Of a stretch of DNA of 64,000 nucleotides, positions 10,525 through 19,299 are shown in pieces. The notes under the pieces are model-generated. The model was not told where the DNA came from, made no database searches, and saw only the letters and a program-made list of their open reading frames with translations. Each line of letters opens with the position of its first letter. Position 1 is the first letter of the stretch. Source of the DNA: a virus (taxonomy: Duplodnaviria; Caudoviricetes); the IMG/VR virus record IMGVR_UViG_3300032289_001255, positions 1 through 64,000 of that record; one strand, written 5' to 3'. The position numbers and the translations under genes were made by a program.

Positions 10525-11361
10525 ATGGCATTAGATCTAAGTAAGTTGAAGAGCCGTTTGAGCTCTCTCTCAAACACAAATCAAAAATCTAACTTGATTT
10601 GGAAACCAAAGCCTGGAAAACAGGTAGTTCGTATTGTTCCGTACAAGTATGTACCTGAGAACCCATTCATCGAACTAAAGTTTCATTACAACATTAACAA
10701 CAAGACATATCTATCTCCTGATAGTTTTGGTCGTCCAGATCCAATCGTTGAATTTGCTAACCGTCTGAAGAAGACTGGTTCAAAGGAAGATTGGCAGATG
10801 GGTCGTAAGATGGAACCAAAGATGCGTACCTTCGTACCAGTTATTGTTCGTGGTGAAGAAGGTGAAGGAGTTAAGTTCTGGGGATTCGGTAAGCAAGTTT
10901 ATCAAGAACTTCTATCAATCATCAGTGATCCTGACTTCGGTGATATTACTGATCTAACCAATGGTCGTGATATTGTTGTAGAGTTCAAGACAGCTGAAGG
11001 TGGGGCTAGTTTCCCAGAAACCAGTATCCGAGTTAAACCAAACGTAAGTGTTGCAGTAGATCCTAAGAACGGTCAATTGCTTGACGCATTGAAGGCTCAA
11101 GTTAATATTTTGGATCTATTTGAAGAACTATCCTATAATGATCTAAAAGATGTTATGGATAAGTGGTTGAATCCAGAAGCATCTGCCACTGAGATTGCAG
11201 CTGAACCAACTACAAGTGGAGATGATGACGAAGCTCCGTTTACAGTTCCATCTACTACAGCAACAACAGCTACTGTCAAGCCAGTACAGTCACCAAGTAC
11301 TGCTAAGGCTAAGGGTAAAGACAGTGTAGAACAAGCATTTGATGACTTGTTTAACTCCTAA
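10525..11361 (+). CDS. Single-stranded DNA binding protein, T4 gp32-like
   Basis: 'WKPKPGKQVVRIVP', 'PFIELKFHY', 'GVKFWGFGKQVYQ', 'DLTNGRDI'; acidic C-terminal tail 'AFDDLFNS'. Confidence 0.85.
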   Translation: MALDLSKLKSRLSSLSNTNQKSNLIWKPKPGKQVVRIVPYKYVPENPFIELKFHYNINNKTYLSPDSFGRPDPIVEFANRLKKTGSKEDWQMGRKMEPKMRTFVPVIVRGEEGEGVKFWGFGKQVYQELLSIISDPDFGDITDLTNGRDIVVEFKTAEGGASFPETSIRVKPNVSVAVDPKNGQLLDALKAQVNILDLFEELSYNDLKDVMDKWLNPEASATEIAAEPTTSGDDDEAPFTVPSTTATTATVKPVQSPSTAKAKGKDSVEQAFDDLFNS

Positions 11362-11372
11362 AAAATAAAAAT

Positions 11373-11410
11373 AAGCCGGTGGAGTTTTTATACCCCACCG
11401 GCTTTCTAGT
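11373..11410 (+). terminator. Intrinsic terminator-like hairpin after the SSB gene
   Basis: AAGCCGGTGG (11373-82) pairs with CCACCGGCTT (11395-404), followed by T-rich sequence. Confidence 0.7.
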
Positions 11411-11420
11411 TATATACGTT

Positions 11421-12560
11421 ATGGCAAAAAAAAGTGTTAGTAAAGATACGGGTCAACGTGACGAGCTTATCGAAATGTTGGCAAATGAATTAAATAAAGC
11501 AAATAAAGACGGTGGAAAGATTGCTCATTTTCTAGATGAACAAGACAATCCATCTGAAATTACGGATTGGATTAGCACTGGTTCTTCTATTTTGGATTTG
11601 GCGATTAGTAATCGTCCTCACGGCGGATTGCCAGTTGGTAAAATGGTAGAATTTAATGGCCTTGAAGGTACTGGTAAAAGTTTGCTATCCGCACACGTTG
11701 TTGCCGACACTCAGAAGAAAGGTGGAGTTGCAGTAGTAATTGATACTGAAAATGCAGCTGCTCCTGAATTCTGGAGAAGTTTGGGTGTAGATCTATCCAA
11801 GTTACTATATGTTCAATGTGAAACCGTTGAAGATATTTTTGCTCAGATGGAACGAATGATTGCTATTGTTCGTAAGAGCAACAAGGATCGTATTCTAACA
11901 ATCATTGTTGATTCTGTAGCAGCGGCATCAACTAAGGTAGAACTTGAGAGTGACCACGGTAAAGATGGTTATGCTACTGGTAAATCAATCATTATCAGTA
12001 AAGCAATGCGTAAGATTACCACTATGATTGGTCGTCAGAAGGTTCTTACTGTATTCACCAACCAATTACGTCAGAATCTAAATGCTATGGCATTTGGTGA
12101 CAAGTATGTAGTTAGTGGTGGTAAGGCACTTGCTTATCACTGTAGTGTTCGTGTTCGTTTGAATAATACTGGTAAACTCAAAAAGGGTGAAGAAATTATT
12201 GGAAACGAATGTAAAGCAGTTGTTGTGAAGAATCGTATGGGTCCACCACAACGTCAAGCAAATTTTGATATTTATTTTGATTCTGGAATTGCGGATTATG
12301 GTTCTTGGATCAAGGTATTGAAGGAAAATAACTTGGTGAAACAAGGTGGTGCTTATTACACATACAAGAAGGACAATGGATCAGAATGGAAGTTTCAATC
12401 CAAAGACTTTGTAAACATTATGCAAAGTGACAAGGAATTGAGTGAAGAAATTTACTTGAAGATTTGTGACGCTGTAATTATGAAATACAAAGATCCTAAT
12501 AGTCAGATCATTGACGATGCTGTAGTTGAAACAGAAGAAACTGCAGGCAACGAGGAATAA
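11421..12560 (+). CDS. uvsX: RecA/UvsX recombinase
   Basis: 'WISTGSSILDLAISN...GGLPVGKMVEFNGLEGTGKS' Walker A, 'IIVDSVAA', 'FTNQLR', 'SGGKALAYHCSVR'. The start was moved to ATG 11421 because the longer frame runs through the terminator. Confidence 0.95.
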   Translation: MAKKSVSKDTGQRDELIEMLANELNKANKDGGKIAHFLDEQDNPSEITDWISTGSSILDLAISNRPHGGLPVGKMVEFNGLEGTGKSLLSAHVVADTQKKGGVAVVIDTENAAAPEFWRSLGVDLSKLLYVQCETVEDIFAQMERMIAIVRKSNKDRILTIIVDSVAAASTKVELESDHGKDGYATGKSIIISKAMRKITTMIGRQKVLTVFTNQLRQNLNAMAFGDKYVVSGGKALAYHCSVRVRLNNTGKLKKGEEIIGNECKAVVVKNRMGPPQRQANFDIYFDSGIADYGSWIKVLKENNLVKQGGAYYTYKKDNGSEWKFQSKDFVNIMQSDKELSEEIYLKICDAVIMKYKDPNSQIIDDAVVETEETAGNEE

Positions 12561-12570
12561 TACATTAATT

Positions 12571-12610
12571 GTTTTCCACACAGTCATCTATATTAGACTG
12601 TGTGGAAAAC
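12571..12610. terminator. Perfect 15-bp inverted repeat (terminator or processing hairpin)
   Basis: GTTTTCCACACAGTC (12571-85), 10-nt loop, GACTGTGTGGAAAAC (12596-610). Confidence 0.7.
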
Positions 12611-12651
12611 TTTCATTCGACTAAGATTTATTTAATACAAACATTCGTTAA

Positions 12652-12780
12652 ATGAGTAACTTTGACAACAAAGAAATGAAGAAGTTATTTTCTTTATTTC
12701 AAAACATAGAAAGCGATTCCGTCACCGGAGGACTTAAAAAATCACTTAATAGTGATGTCCTTTTGGTTGACGGATTGTAG
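12652..12780 (+). CDS. N-terminal 42-aa fragment of the 5'-3' exonuclease (ends ...SDVLLVDGL*)
   Basis: ATG 12652, in frame to GAC GGA TTG TAG (12769-80); 'VLLVDG' is the first catalytic strand of the FEN/PIN fold. Confidence 0.75.
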   Translation: MSNFDNKEMKKLFSLFQNIESDSVTGGLKKSLNSDVLLVDGL

Positions 12781-13724
12781 TGAATACTTACATTAGAAGT
12801 TTTATGGCCATTCCGTCTCTCAATGAGGATGGATTGCATACAGGTGGTATTGCTGGTTTCTTGAAGAGTATTGGGTATGCAATTAAATTACTTTCTCCTA
12901 CCCGAGTTATTATTGTATTTGATGGTAAAGGTGGTAGTCAGAAACGCAGAAAGATTTATCCAGCGTACAAAAATGGTAGAAAGACAGATATTAGACTCAA
13001 TCGTAATTACGAAGAACTATCTTCATCTGAAATAGAATCTGTAAATTTTAAAAAAGAATTGATTCGTACTATAAATTATTTAGATACATTGCCTGTTACT
13101 GTAATGGCAATCGATCAAATAGAAGCAGACGATACAATTGCTTATTTAGCCACAGAAACTTTCAAGGACAGTAATGTAACAATTATGTCCACTGATAAAG
13201 ACTTTTTACAATTGGCAAACGATAAAGTCAAAATTTGGAGTCCTGTCAAAAAGAGAATTTTTGGTTGTAAAGAAATCTTGGATGAATATGGTATTACATG
13301 CAGCAACTATATCTTGTATAGAGTTATGGAAGGCGATGTAAGTGATAATATACCTGGTTTAGATGGTGTAGGTTTAAAACGGGTAGTAAAATCATTTCCT
13401 TTCTTATCGGAAGAACGTCAATATGATCTAAATGAGATTTACAATTACGCGGAGAATAACAAGACTAAATATAAAGTATATCAGACTGTATTAGACAACA
13501 AGCTATTGCTTGAACGTAATTATAGTTTGATGCAGTTGAAAGATACGCAAGTGCAATCATTTACCCAGTTACGTATAGAAGAAATTATAAAATCTCCCGT
13601 GCGTAGAATTGATAAAATGAGCTTTTCTAAATTAATCACAGAGGACAAAATGTGGAATAATATCCCCAATTATCACATTTGGCTCAATGAGTGTTTCGGT
13701 AAATTAAATAGTTTCGTAGAATAA
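12780..13724 (+). CDS. rnh: 5'-3' exonuclease / T4 RNase H-like (FEN) protein, body lacking its N-terminal DG motif in this frame
   Basis: 'NTYIRSF', 'IVFDGKGGSQKRRKIYPAYK', 'IEADDTIAY', 'IMSTDKDFLQL', 'GDVSDNIPGLDGVG' (H3TH). Confidence 0.85.
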   Translation: MNTYIRSFMAIPSLNEDGLHTGGIAGFLKSIGYAIKLLSPTRVIIVFDGKGGSQKRRKIYPAYKNGRKTDIRLNRNYEELSSSEIESVNFKKELIRTINYLDTLPVTVMAIDQIEADDTIAYLATETFKDSNVTIMSTDKDFLQLANDKVKIWSPVKKRIFGCKEILDEYGITCSNYILYRVMEGDVSDNIPGLDGVGLKRVVKSFPFLSEERQYDLNEIYNYAENNKTKYKVYQTVLDNKLLLERNYSLMQLKDTQVQSFTQLRIEEIIKSPVRRIDKMSFSKLITEDKMWNNIPNYHIWLNECFGKLNSFVE

Positions 13725-13744
13725 AAAACGTCGGTAAATAAAAG

Positions 13745-13773
13745 TTGAAGACCACTTAATTCAGTGGTATAGT
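13745..13773 (+). promoter_or_regulatory. Sigma70-like promoter with extended -10 for the helicase gene
   Basis: TTGAAG (13745-50), 17 nt, TATAGT (13768-73), preceded by TGG. Confidence 0.6.
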
Positions 13774-13784
13774 AGAGTTATCTT

Positions 13785-15167
13785 ATGGAAAACAAAAAAG
13801 CAATTGACTCATTAACAAAATACGGTCGTGACTTCCAAATCAAGTGTATTTCGTGCTTAATATCTGATCGTTCATTTATTGAACGTATTAACGATATTAT
13901 CGAAGTAGATTTCTTTGAAAGTGATGCAAACAAGTGGGTTGTAAAAGAAAGTATTAAATATTTTAACGAATATAAAGATCTGCCAACGTTAACAGTCTTT
14001 AAAATTAAAGTTGATGATGTCAGCGATGAACTTCTCAAACGAAGTATCGTAGATAATCTCAAATTAGTTTATCAAAAAGTTAGCGATAACGATTTAAAGT
14101 TTGTTAAAGAACAGTTTTTGGAATTCTGTAAGAATCAAAAGCTAAAGAACGCTATCATTGAAAGTGCAGATCTATTAGCACTTGGTCAATACGAAAAGAT
14201 TAAAAACGTAGTTGATCACGCAATGAAAGCTGGTATGGAACGTAATATCGGTCACGATTATACCGAAGACGTTGAAAAACGTATGAGTGTAATGAGTCGT
14301 AATTGTGTCAAGACCAATTGGACAGAAGTTGATACCATTATGGATGGCGGATTGGCAGCTGGCGAATTGGGCATTATTACAGCTTGTGCCGGTAGTGGTA
14401 AGAGTTGGGTGCTATCTAAGTTAGGCGCCGAAGCTATGAAGCAAGGTAAGAACGTAGTCCACTTCACTCTAGAATTGAATGAAAACTATGTGGGTCTTCG
14501 TTATGATGCTTGTTTTACCGGAATTGATTTCCAAAACATTCGTAACAATGTTGATATCGTAAAGCAGAAGATTGCTGATGTGCCTGGTAAGTTGAAGATC
14601 AAGTACTTCCCAATTAAAACTGTAAGTGCTTATAGCCTTAAGGCTCACTGTGAACGATTGGCAGTATTAGGTACCAAGGTAGATATGATTATTGTTGACT
14701 ATGCTGACATTCTACGTCCATCGCAAAGTGAACGTAATAGTAACAGTTATAGTGAAGCCGGTGGTATTTATGAAGAACTACGTGGTGTAGCTGGCGAACT
14801 ACAAGTTCCTATTTGGAGTGCTTCACAAAGTAATCGTGCTGCTATGGATGAAGATATCATTCAGGCCAACAATATTGCTGATAGTTATCGTAAGATTATG
14901 ACTGCTGACTTCGTTATGAGTCTAAGTCGTAAAGTTAACGATAAACAAGCAAATACTGCACGATTCCACGTAATTAAGAATCGGTTTGGACCAGATGGTT
15001 TGACATTCCCAAGTAAAATGAACGCTGGTTGTGGTCATATCGAAATTTATGGCGAGAACAGCCGTGAGGGTATGAGTATCTTGAATGAAATGATGGATGG
15101 TGAAAATCAAGTCAAAAAGGCTCTAAAATCCAAGTGGAACGTCCATAACAACGATGACGAAGAATAA
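13785..15167 (+). CDS. Replicative DnaB-family helicase (T4 gp41-like)
   Basis: 'GGLAAGELGIITACAGSGKSW' Walker A, 'HFTLEL', 'IIVDYADIL', 'WSASQSNR', 'IKNRFG'. Confidence 0.92.
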   Translation: MENKKAIDSLTKYGRDFQIKCISCLISDRSFIERINDIIEVDFFESDANKWVVKESIKYFNEYKDLPTLTVFKIKVDDVSDELLKRSIVDNLKLVYQKVSDNDLKFVKEQFLEFCKNQKLKNAIIESADLLALGQYEKIKNVVDHAMKAGMERNIGHDYTEDVEKRMSVMSRNCVKTNWTEVDTIMDGGLAAGELGIITACAGSGKSWVLSKLGAEAMKQGKNVVHFTLELNENYVGLRYDACFTGIDFQNIRNNVDIVKQKIADVPGKLKIKYFPIKTVSAYSLKAHCERLAVLGTKVDMIIVDYADILRPSQSERNSNSYSEAGGIYEELRGVAGELQVPIWSASQSNRAAMDEDIIQANNIADSYRKIMTADFVMSLSRKVNDKQANTARFHVIKNRFGPDGLTFPSKMNAGCGHIEIYGENSREGMSILNEMMDGENQVKKALKSKWNVHNNDDEE

Positions 15168-15237
15168 TTTATAGTATGTAACACACAAAAAGCGTACAAA
15201 TAAATTATTAAAAAAGTTATAATCTAAACACAAAATG

Positions 15238-15263
15238 AACTATCCTAAAGATAGTTATTTTTT
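15238..15263 (+). terminator. Intrinsic terminator-like hairpin between the helicase and nrdA
   Basis: AACTATC-CTAAA-GATAGTT followed by ATTTTTT. Confidence 0.5.
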
Positions 15264-15269
15264 ACCCAT

Positions 15270-17555
15270 ATGAATAAAGAAATTTTTATAAAGAAAAGAA
15301 ATGGTAACACTGAAAAGTTCAATGCAGACAAAATCAATAAGATTTTACAATGGGCTACGCAAGACATAAAAGGTGTCGGATTTGAAGAAGTAGCAATGAA
15401 TGCACATTTGTCATTTTTTGATGGGATGACATCCAAAGACATTCACGCAATGTTAATAGAAGCTTCAGCAAACCTTATTACAGAAGAGAAGACAAATTAT
15501 CAATTCGTAGCATCTCGTTTGTTGAATTATCAATTGAGAAAAAATGTTTGGGGTGGTAAAAATCCTCCTAAACTGCACGATCTAGTTAAAACTAATATTG
15601 ATGCATTGGTCTATGACCCGTCTATTCTTGATTGGTATAGTAAACAAGAGTTTGATAAGTTAGATGAATACCTAAAGCATGATCGTGATTTTAATTTCAC
15701 TTATGCCGGTATAAAACAGTTGTGTGATAAGTACTTGGTACAAAACAGAGTTACCAAAGTAATTTATGAAACTCCACAGTTTGCATATATGCTTATTGCA
15801 ATGACATTCTTTAAGGACTATAAAGAAAACCGACTTGAATATGTAAAGAAGGCATATAACTACTTTAGTAAACATAAGATTAATCTACCCACGCCAATTA
15901 TGGCGGGTGTAAGAACTCCTATGAAGAGTTATGCTAGTTGTTCTCTGTTCACTGTAGATGATGATCTTCGTAGTATTTTCAGCAACAATAGTGCTGTTGG
16001 ATTTGCTACAGCTAGTCGATATGGTATTGGATTAAATCTATCCAGACTACGTGCTACAAATGCTCCTATTCGTAATGGCGAAGTTGTACACACAGGACCA
16101 ATTCCATTTGCTAAAGCATTTGAATCCACTGTAAAGAGTTGTCACCAAAATGGTATTCGTGGTGGTAGTGCAACTGTAAACTTTGCTTGGTTTCATTATG
16201 ATATTCTAGATATTCTTGTATTGAAGAACAATCAAGGTACTGATGATAACCGAGTTCGTAAGTTAGATTATTGCGTGGGTCTTGATAAACTAATTTTTGA
16301 ACGTTTCTTGAAGAATCAAGACGTTACACTATTCAGTTATCACGAATGCTCTTCACTATGGAATACATTTGGATTAGAAGGATTCAAAGAAAAATATGAA
16401 AAGGCTGAAGCTAATAAGAACATTAAGTTCAAGAAGAAAGTACCTGCTCGTGAATTGATGGGACTATTAGCTAAAGAACGTCTTGAAACTGGACGTATTT
16501 ATACAATGTTCGTGGATCACGCAAATGAACACGGTAGTTGGTTGGATCAAGTGGATACAAGCAATCTTTGCCTCGAAGTGCATCATCCATTGATTCCTAT
16601 TTATGATGTTAATGATCAAAATGGAGAAATTGGAGTCTGTGTATTGGCAGCATTGAATTGGTTAGAAATTAAAGATGATACTGAAATGGAAAATGTTTGT
16701 GATATCATTGTCAGAATGTTGGATGCTTTGATTGATCATCAAGAATATTTCGTGCCAGGCGCAAAAAACTTTGCTACCAAACGTCGTAGTCTAGGTGTAG
16801 GTGTGAGTAACTTGGCGGCTCTATTGGCTAAAGAAGGATTAAAGTATTGGGATGCCAAAGCTCCAAACTTTGTAGCTCAATGGATGGAAAAGACAAGTTA
16901 TTATCTAATCAAGGCCAGTGTTGAAATGGCAAAAGAGTTGGGTAAGTGTAATAAGTTTGATCGTACTAAATTTAGTCAAGGCATTCTTCCAATTGATACT
17001 TATAAGAGGGACGTTGATGAATTTATTACAGAACCTCTACATATGGATTGGGAAGCTCTAAGAGAAGAAATCAAGAAGTATGGTATGAGACATAGTACTC
17101 TTACAGCTTGTATGCCAGTAGAATCAAGTAGTGTAATTCAAAGTAGTACCAATGGCATTGAACCCCCACGTAGTGCTATTAGTTTCAAAGGAAGCAAGAG
17201 TAACATTTTGCCTGTAGTAGTTCCAAATATTGATAAGTACAAGGATAATTATACCTTTGCTTTTGATATGCCAAGTAATGAAGGATATTTAAAGGTAGCT
17301 GCTGCTATTCAGAAATTCACAGATATGAGTATCAGCACTAACACTTACTATATTCCTTCCCGTTATGAGAAGAATAAAGTGCCTGTAGAGGTTGTTATTA
17401 AAGATATTTTGTTGGCATACAAGTATGGATTGAAGAATCTATATTATGCCAATACAGATGACGGTGATAAACAAACAGCTATGGAAACAAAAACTGTTGA
17501 AACGAAACCAATTGTACAAGAATCCGATTGTGAAAGCGGAGCTTGTGCTTTATAA
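15270..17555 (+). CDS. nrdA: Ribonucleotide reductase class Ia alpha subunit
   Basis: N-terminal ATP cone ('IKKRNG...FNADKI'), 'PTPIMAGVRT', 'ASCSL', 'SNLCLE', C-terminal 'CESGACAL'; no intein or intron seen. Confidence 0.96.
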   Translation: MNKEIFIKKRNGNTEKFNADKINKILQWATQDIKGVGFEEVAMNAHLSFFDGMTSKDIHAMLIEASANLITEEKTNYQFVASRLLNYQLRKNVWGGKNPPKLHDLVKTNIDALVYDPSILDWYSKQEFDKLDEYLKHDRDFNFTYAGIKQLCDKYLVQNRVTKVIYETPQFAYMLIAMTFFKDYKENRLEYVKKAYNYFSKHKINLPTPIMAGVRTPMKSYASCSLFTVDDDLRSIFSNNSAVGFATASRYGIGLNLSRLRATNAPIRNGEVVHTGPIPFAKAFESTVKSCHQNGIRGGSATVNFAWFHYDILDILVLKNNQGTDDNRVRKLDYCVGLDKLIFERFLKNQDVTLFSYHECSSLWNTFGLEGFKEKYEKAEANKNIKFKKKVPARELMGLLAKERLETGRIYTMFVDHANEHGSWLDQVDTSNLCLEVHHPLIPIYDVNDQNGEIGVCVLAALNWLEIKDDTEMENVCDIIVRMLDALIDHQEYFVPGAKNFATKRRSLGVGVSNLAALLAKEGLKYWDAKAPNFVAQWMEKTSYYLIKASVEMAKELGKCNKFDRTKFSQGILPIDTYKRDVDEFITEPLHMDWEALREEIKKYGMRHSTLTACMPVESSSVIQSSTNGIEPPRSAISFKGSKSNILPVVVPNIDKYKDNYTFAFDMPSNEGYLKVAAAIQKFTDMSISTNTYYIPSRYEKNKVPVEVVIKDILLAYKYGLKNLYYANTDDGDKQTAMETKTVETKPIVQESDCESGACAL

Positions 17556-17568
17556 TAAAAAAATACAT

Positions 17569-18627
17569 ATGAAAACTGTACTAAATAAGAAAAACATAGA
17601 TCAGTTGCGCAACCCAATGTTCTTGGGAGAAGATCTATCGCTTCAGCGATATGATAAGATCAAATACCCAAAGTTTTATGATTTGTACGATCAACAACTG
17701 AATTTCTTTTGGCGACCCCAAGAGGTTTCGTTGGTGAAAGATATTAGCGATTACAAGAATCTTTCTGCTGAAGAACGATTTGTTTTTGACAGTAATTTAA
17801 AATTTCAAACTATGACTGATAGTATGTTGAGTCGTAGTATTCACGAACTAATGAAGCACGTTACAAATAGTGAATTGGAAATTTGCATGAATGCGTGGAG
17901 TTTCTTTGAAACTATTCACAGTAATAGTTATACATACATTCTTAACAATGTTTATCCAGATGCTACCAAGTTCTTTGATAGTGTCTTAGAAGACGAAGAA
18001 ATTGTGAAACGTGCTAAAGCTATTAGTAAGAAGTATGACGAACTATTAGCACCATCGGATGACGTTAAACAACAATTATTTGATGCGGTATTGGCAACTC
18101 AAATTACTGAGGGGTTGATCTTCTATGTATCATTTGCTTGTAGTTTTTATTTTGGATATCGTGGAAAGATGGAGGGTAACAGTAAGATTATTAAGTTTAT
18201 TAGCCGTGATGAAAATCTCCACGTTGCTATTACCCAAAATATTATGAAGAACTGGATTAATAACCCAGAAGAAGGATTCCAAGATATTGTTAAGAAGAAC
18301 GAAGACAAGATATATGCTGCTTATGAAATGGCAGTAAATGCAGAAAAAGACTGGGCTGATTATTTATTCAGTAAAGGTAATCTAGTAGGTTTGACCAGTG
18401 AAAGTCTCAAACACTATGTTGAATGGTTGGCTAACAATCGTTTATCTAGTATGGGATACAAGAAACTATATCCCACAGCCAAGACAAATCCATTGGCTGG
18501 ATGGTTGGATAGTTATTATGATAGTAAGAAGTTACAGGTAGCCCCCCAAGAAACTGAATTGAGCAGTTACGTTAAAGGTGTAGATAATACCATTAGCGAG
18601 GGCGCTTTTGATGACTTCAAACTATAA
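17569..18627 (+). CDS. nrdB: Ribonucleotide reductase class Ia beta subunit
   Basis: 'FWRPQEV', 'DSMLSR', 'ETIHSNSY' (radical Tyr), 'EGLIFY', 'RDENLH', 'VAPQETE'. Start set to ATG 17569, after the nrdA stop. Confidence 0.95.
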   Translation: MKTVLNKKNIDQLRNPMFLGEDLSLQRYDKIKYPKFYDLYDQQLNFFWRPQEVSLVKDISDYKNLSAEERFVFDSNLKFQTMTDSMLSRSIHELMKHVTNSELEICMNAWSFFETIHSNSYTYILNNVYPDATKFFDSVLEDEEIVKRAKAISKKYDELLAPSDDVKQQLFDAVLATQITEGLIFYVSFACSFYFGYRGKMEGNSKIIKFISRDENLHVAITQNIMKNWINNPEEGFQDIVKKNEDKIYAAYEMAVNAEKDWADYLFSKGNLVGLTSESLKHYVEWLANNRLSSMGYKKLYPTAKTNPLAGWLDSYYDSKKLQVAPQETELSSYVKGVDNTISEGAFDDFKL

Positions 18628-18654
18628 ATAAAATTATAATTAGTTAAAAATGTG

Positions 18655-18683
18655 ACGGGTACTTTAAATAGTATCCGTTTTTT
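18655..18683 (+). terminator. Intrinsic terminator after nrdB
   Basis: ACGGGTACT-TTAAAT-AGTATCCGT followed by a T run. Confidence 0.65.
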
Positions 18684-18707
18684 ATTATATTTATATTTAT
18701 CTCTATT

Positions 18708-19262
18708 ATGGAAATCATTTTTGCATATCTTGAAAAAATATTGGTAATAAGCGCCGCTGGTGGAGTGCTTTTTGGAGCATTTAAGTGGGTATTTACATTA
18801 AATAGGAATGTAAAAGAAATTTTAAAAGAAGTTAAGCCCAATTCTGGAACTTCTTTGAAAGATCAAGTTGCGAAGATTGAAAAACAGGTATGTTATGATA
18901 GTAATTTGATAAACACTATATGTAGAAGACAACGGTGGATATTGGATAATAGACCAGAGCCAATATTTGAATGTGACGTTGACGGTAAATGTACGTGGGT
19001 AAATGAAAAATATTGTCAATTATTAAAACACGATGTGGAATATTTCTTGGGTAATGGATGGAAAAACGGTATATACGGAGACGATTTAGAAATGGTTGAA
19101 AAAGAATGGGATAGAGCAATTAAAGATAAAAGAAGTAGTGTTAGTACACATAGAGTGGTTGATAGAGAAGGAACTATATATAACGTTAAAGTAGTAGCTA
19201 CTAGAAATGATGGTTATGGGTATATAGGACATATTGAAGTATTAGACGATAAAAAAGATTAA
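18708..19262 (+). CDS. Membrane-anchored stand-alone PAS-domain protein
   Basis: Hydrophobic N-terminus 'ILVISAAGGVLFGAFKWVF', linker, then PAS-like 'PIFECDVDGKCTWVNEKYCQLL...GNGWKNGIYGDDLEMVEKEW...HRVVDREG'. Confidence 0.7.
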   Translation: MEIIFAYLEKILVISAAGGVLFGAFKWVFTLNRNVKEILKEVKPNSGTSLKDQVAKIEKQVCYDSNLINTICRRQRWILDNRPEPIFECDVDGKCTWVNEKYCQLLKHDVEYFLGNGWKNGIYGDDLEMVEKEWDRAIKDKRSSVSTHRVVDREGTIYNVKVVATRNDGYGYIGHIEVLDDKKD

Positions 19263-19299
19263 TAATTAGATACCCAACACTATTTATATGTATATTAAT

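Noticed and set aside
11379-11420. N-terminal extension of RecA (MEFLYPTGFLVIYV)
   Set aside because: It runs through the terminator hairpin; ATG 11421 is the plausible start. The extensions on nrdB (17446), the PXPV gene (19953) and several island genes were trimmed for similar reasons.
12778-12783. TAG reassignment (alternative genetic code) as the explanation for the exonuclease stop
   Set aside because: TAG terminates other genes here (59064-66; the 29863 gene on the minus strand). Long ORFs are intact under the standard code. Reading through TAG would hit TGA and remain out of frame.
15270-18627. Inteins or introns in nrdA/nrdB, helicase, RecA or PolB
   Set aside because: Lengths are normal, motifs are continuous, and no intein splice signatures were seen.
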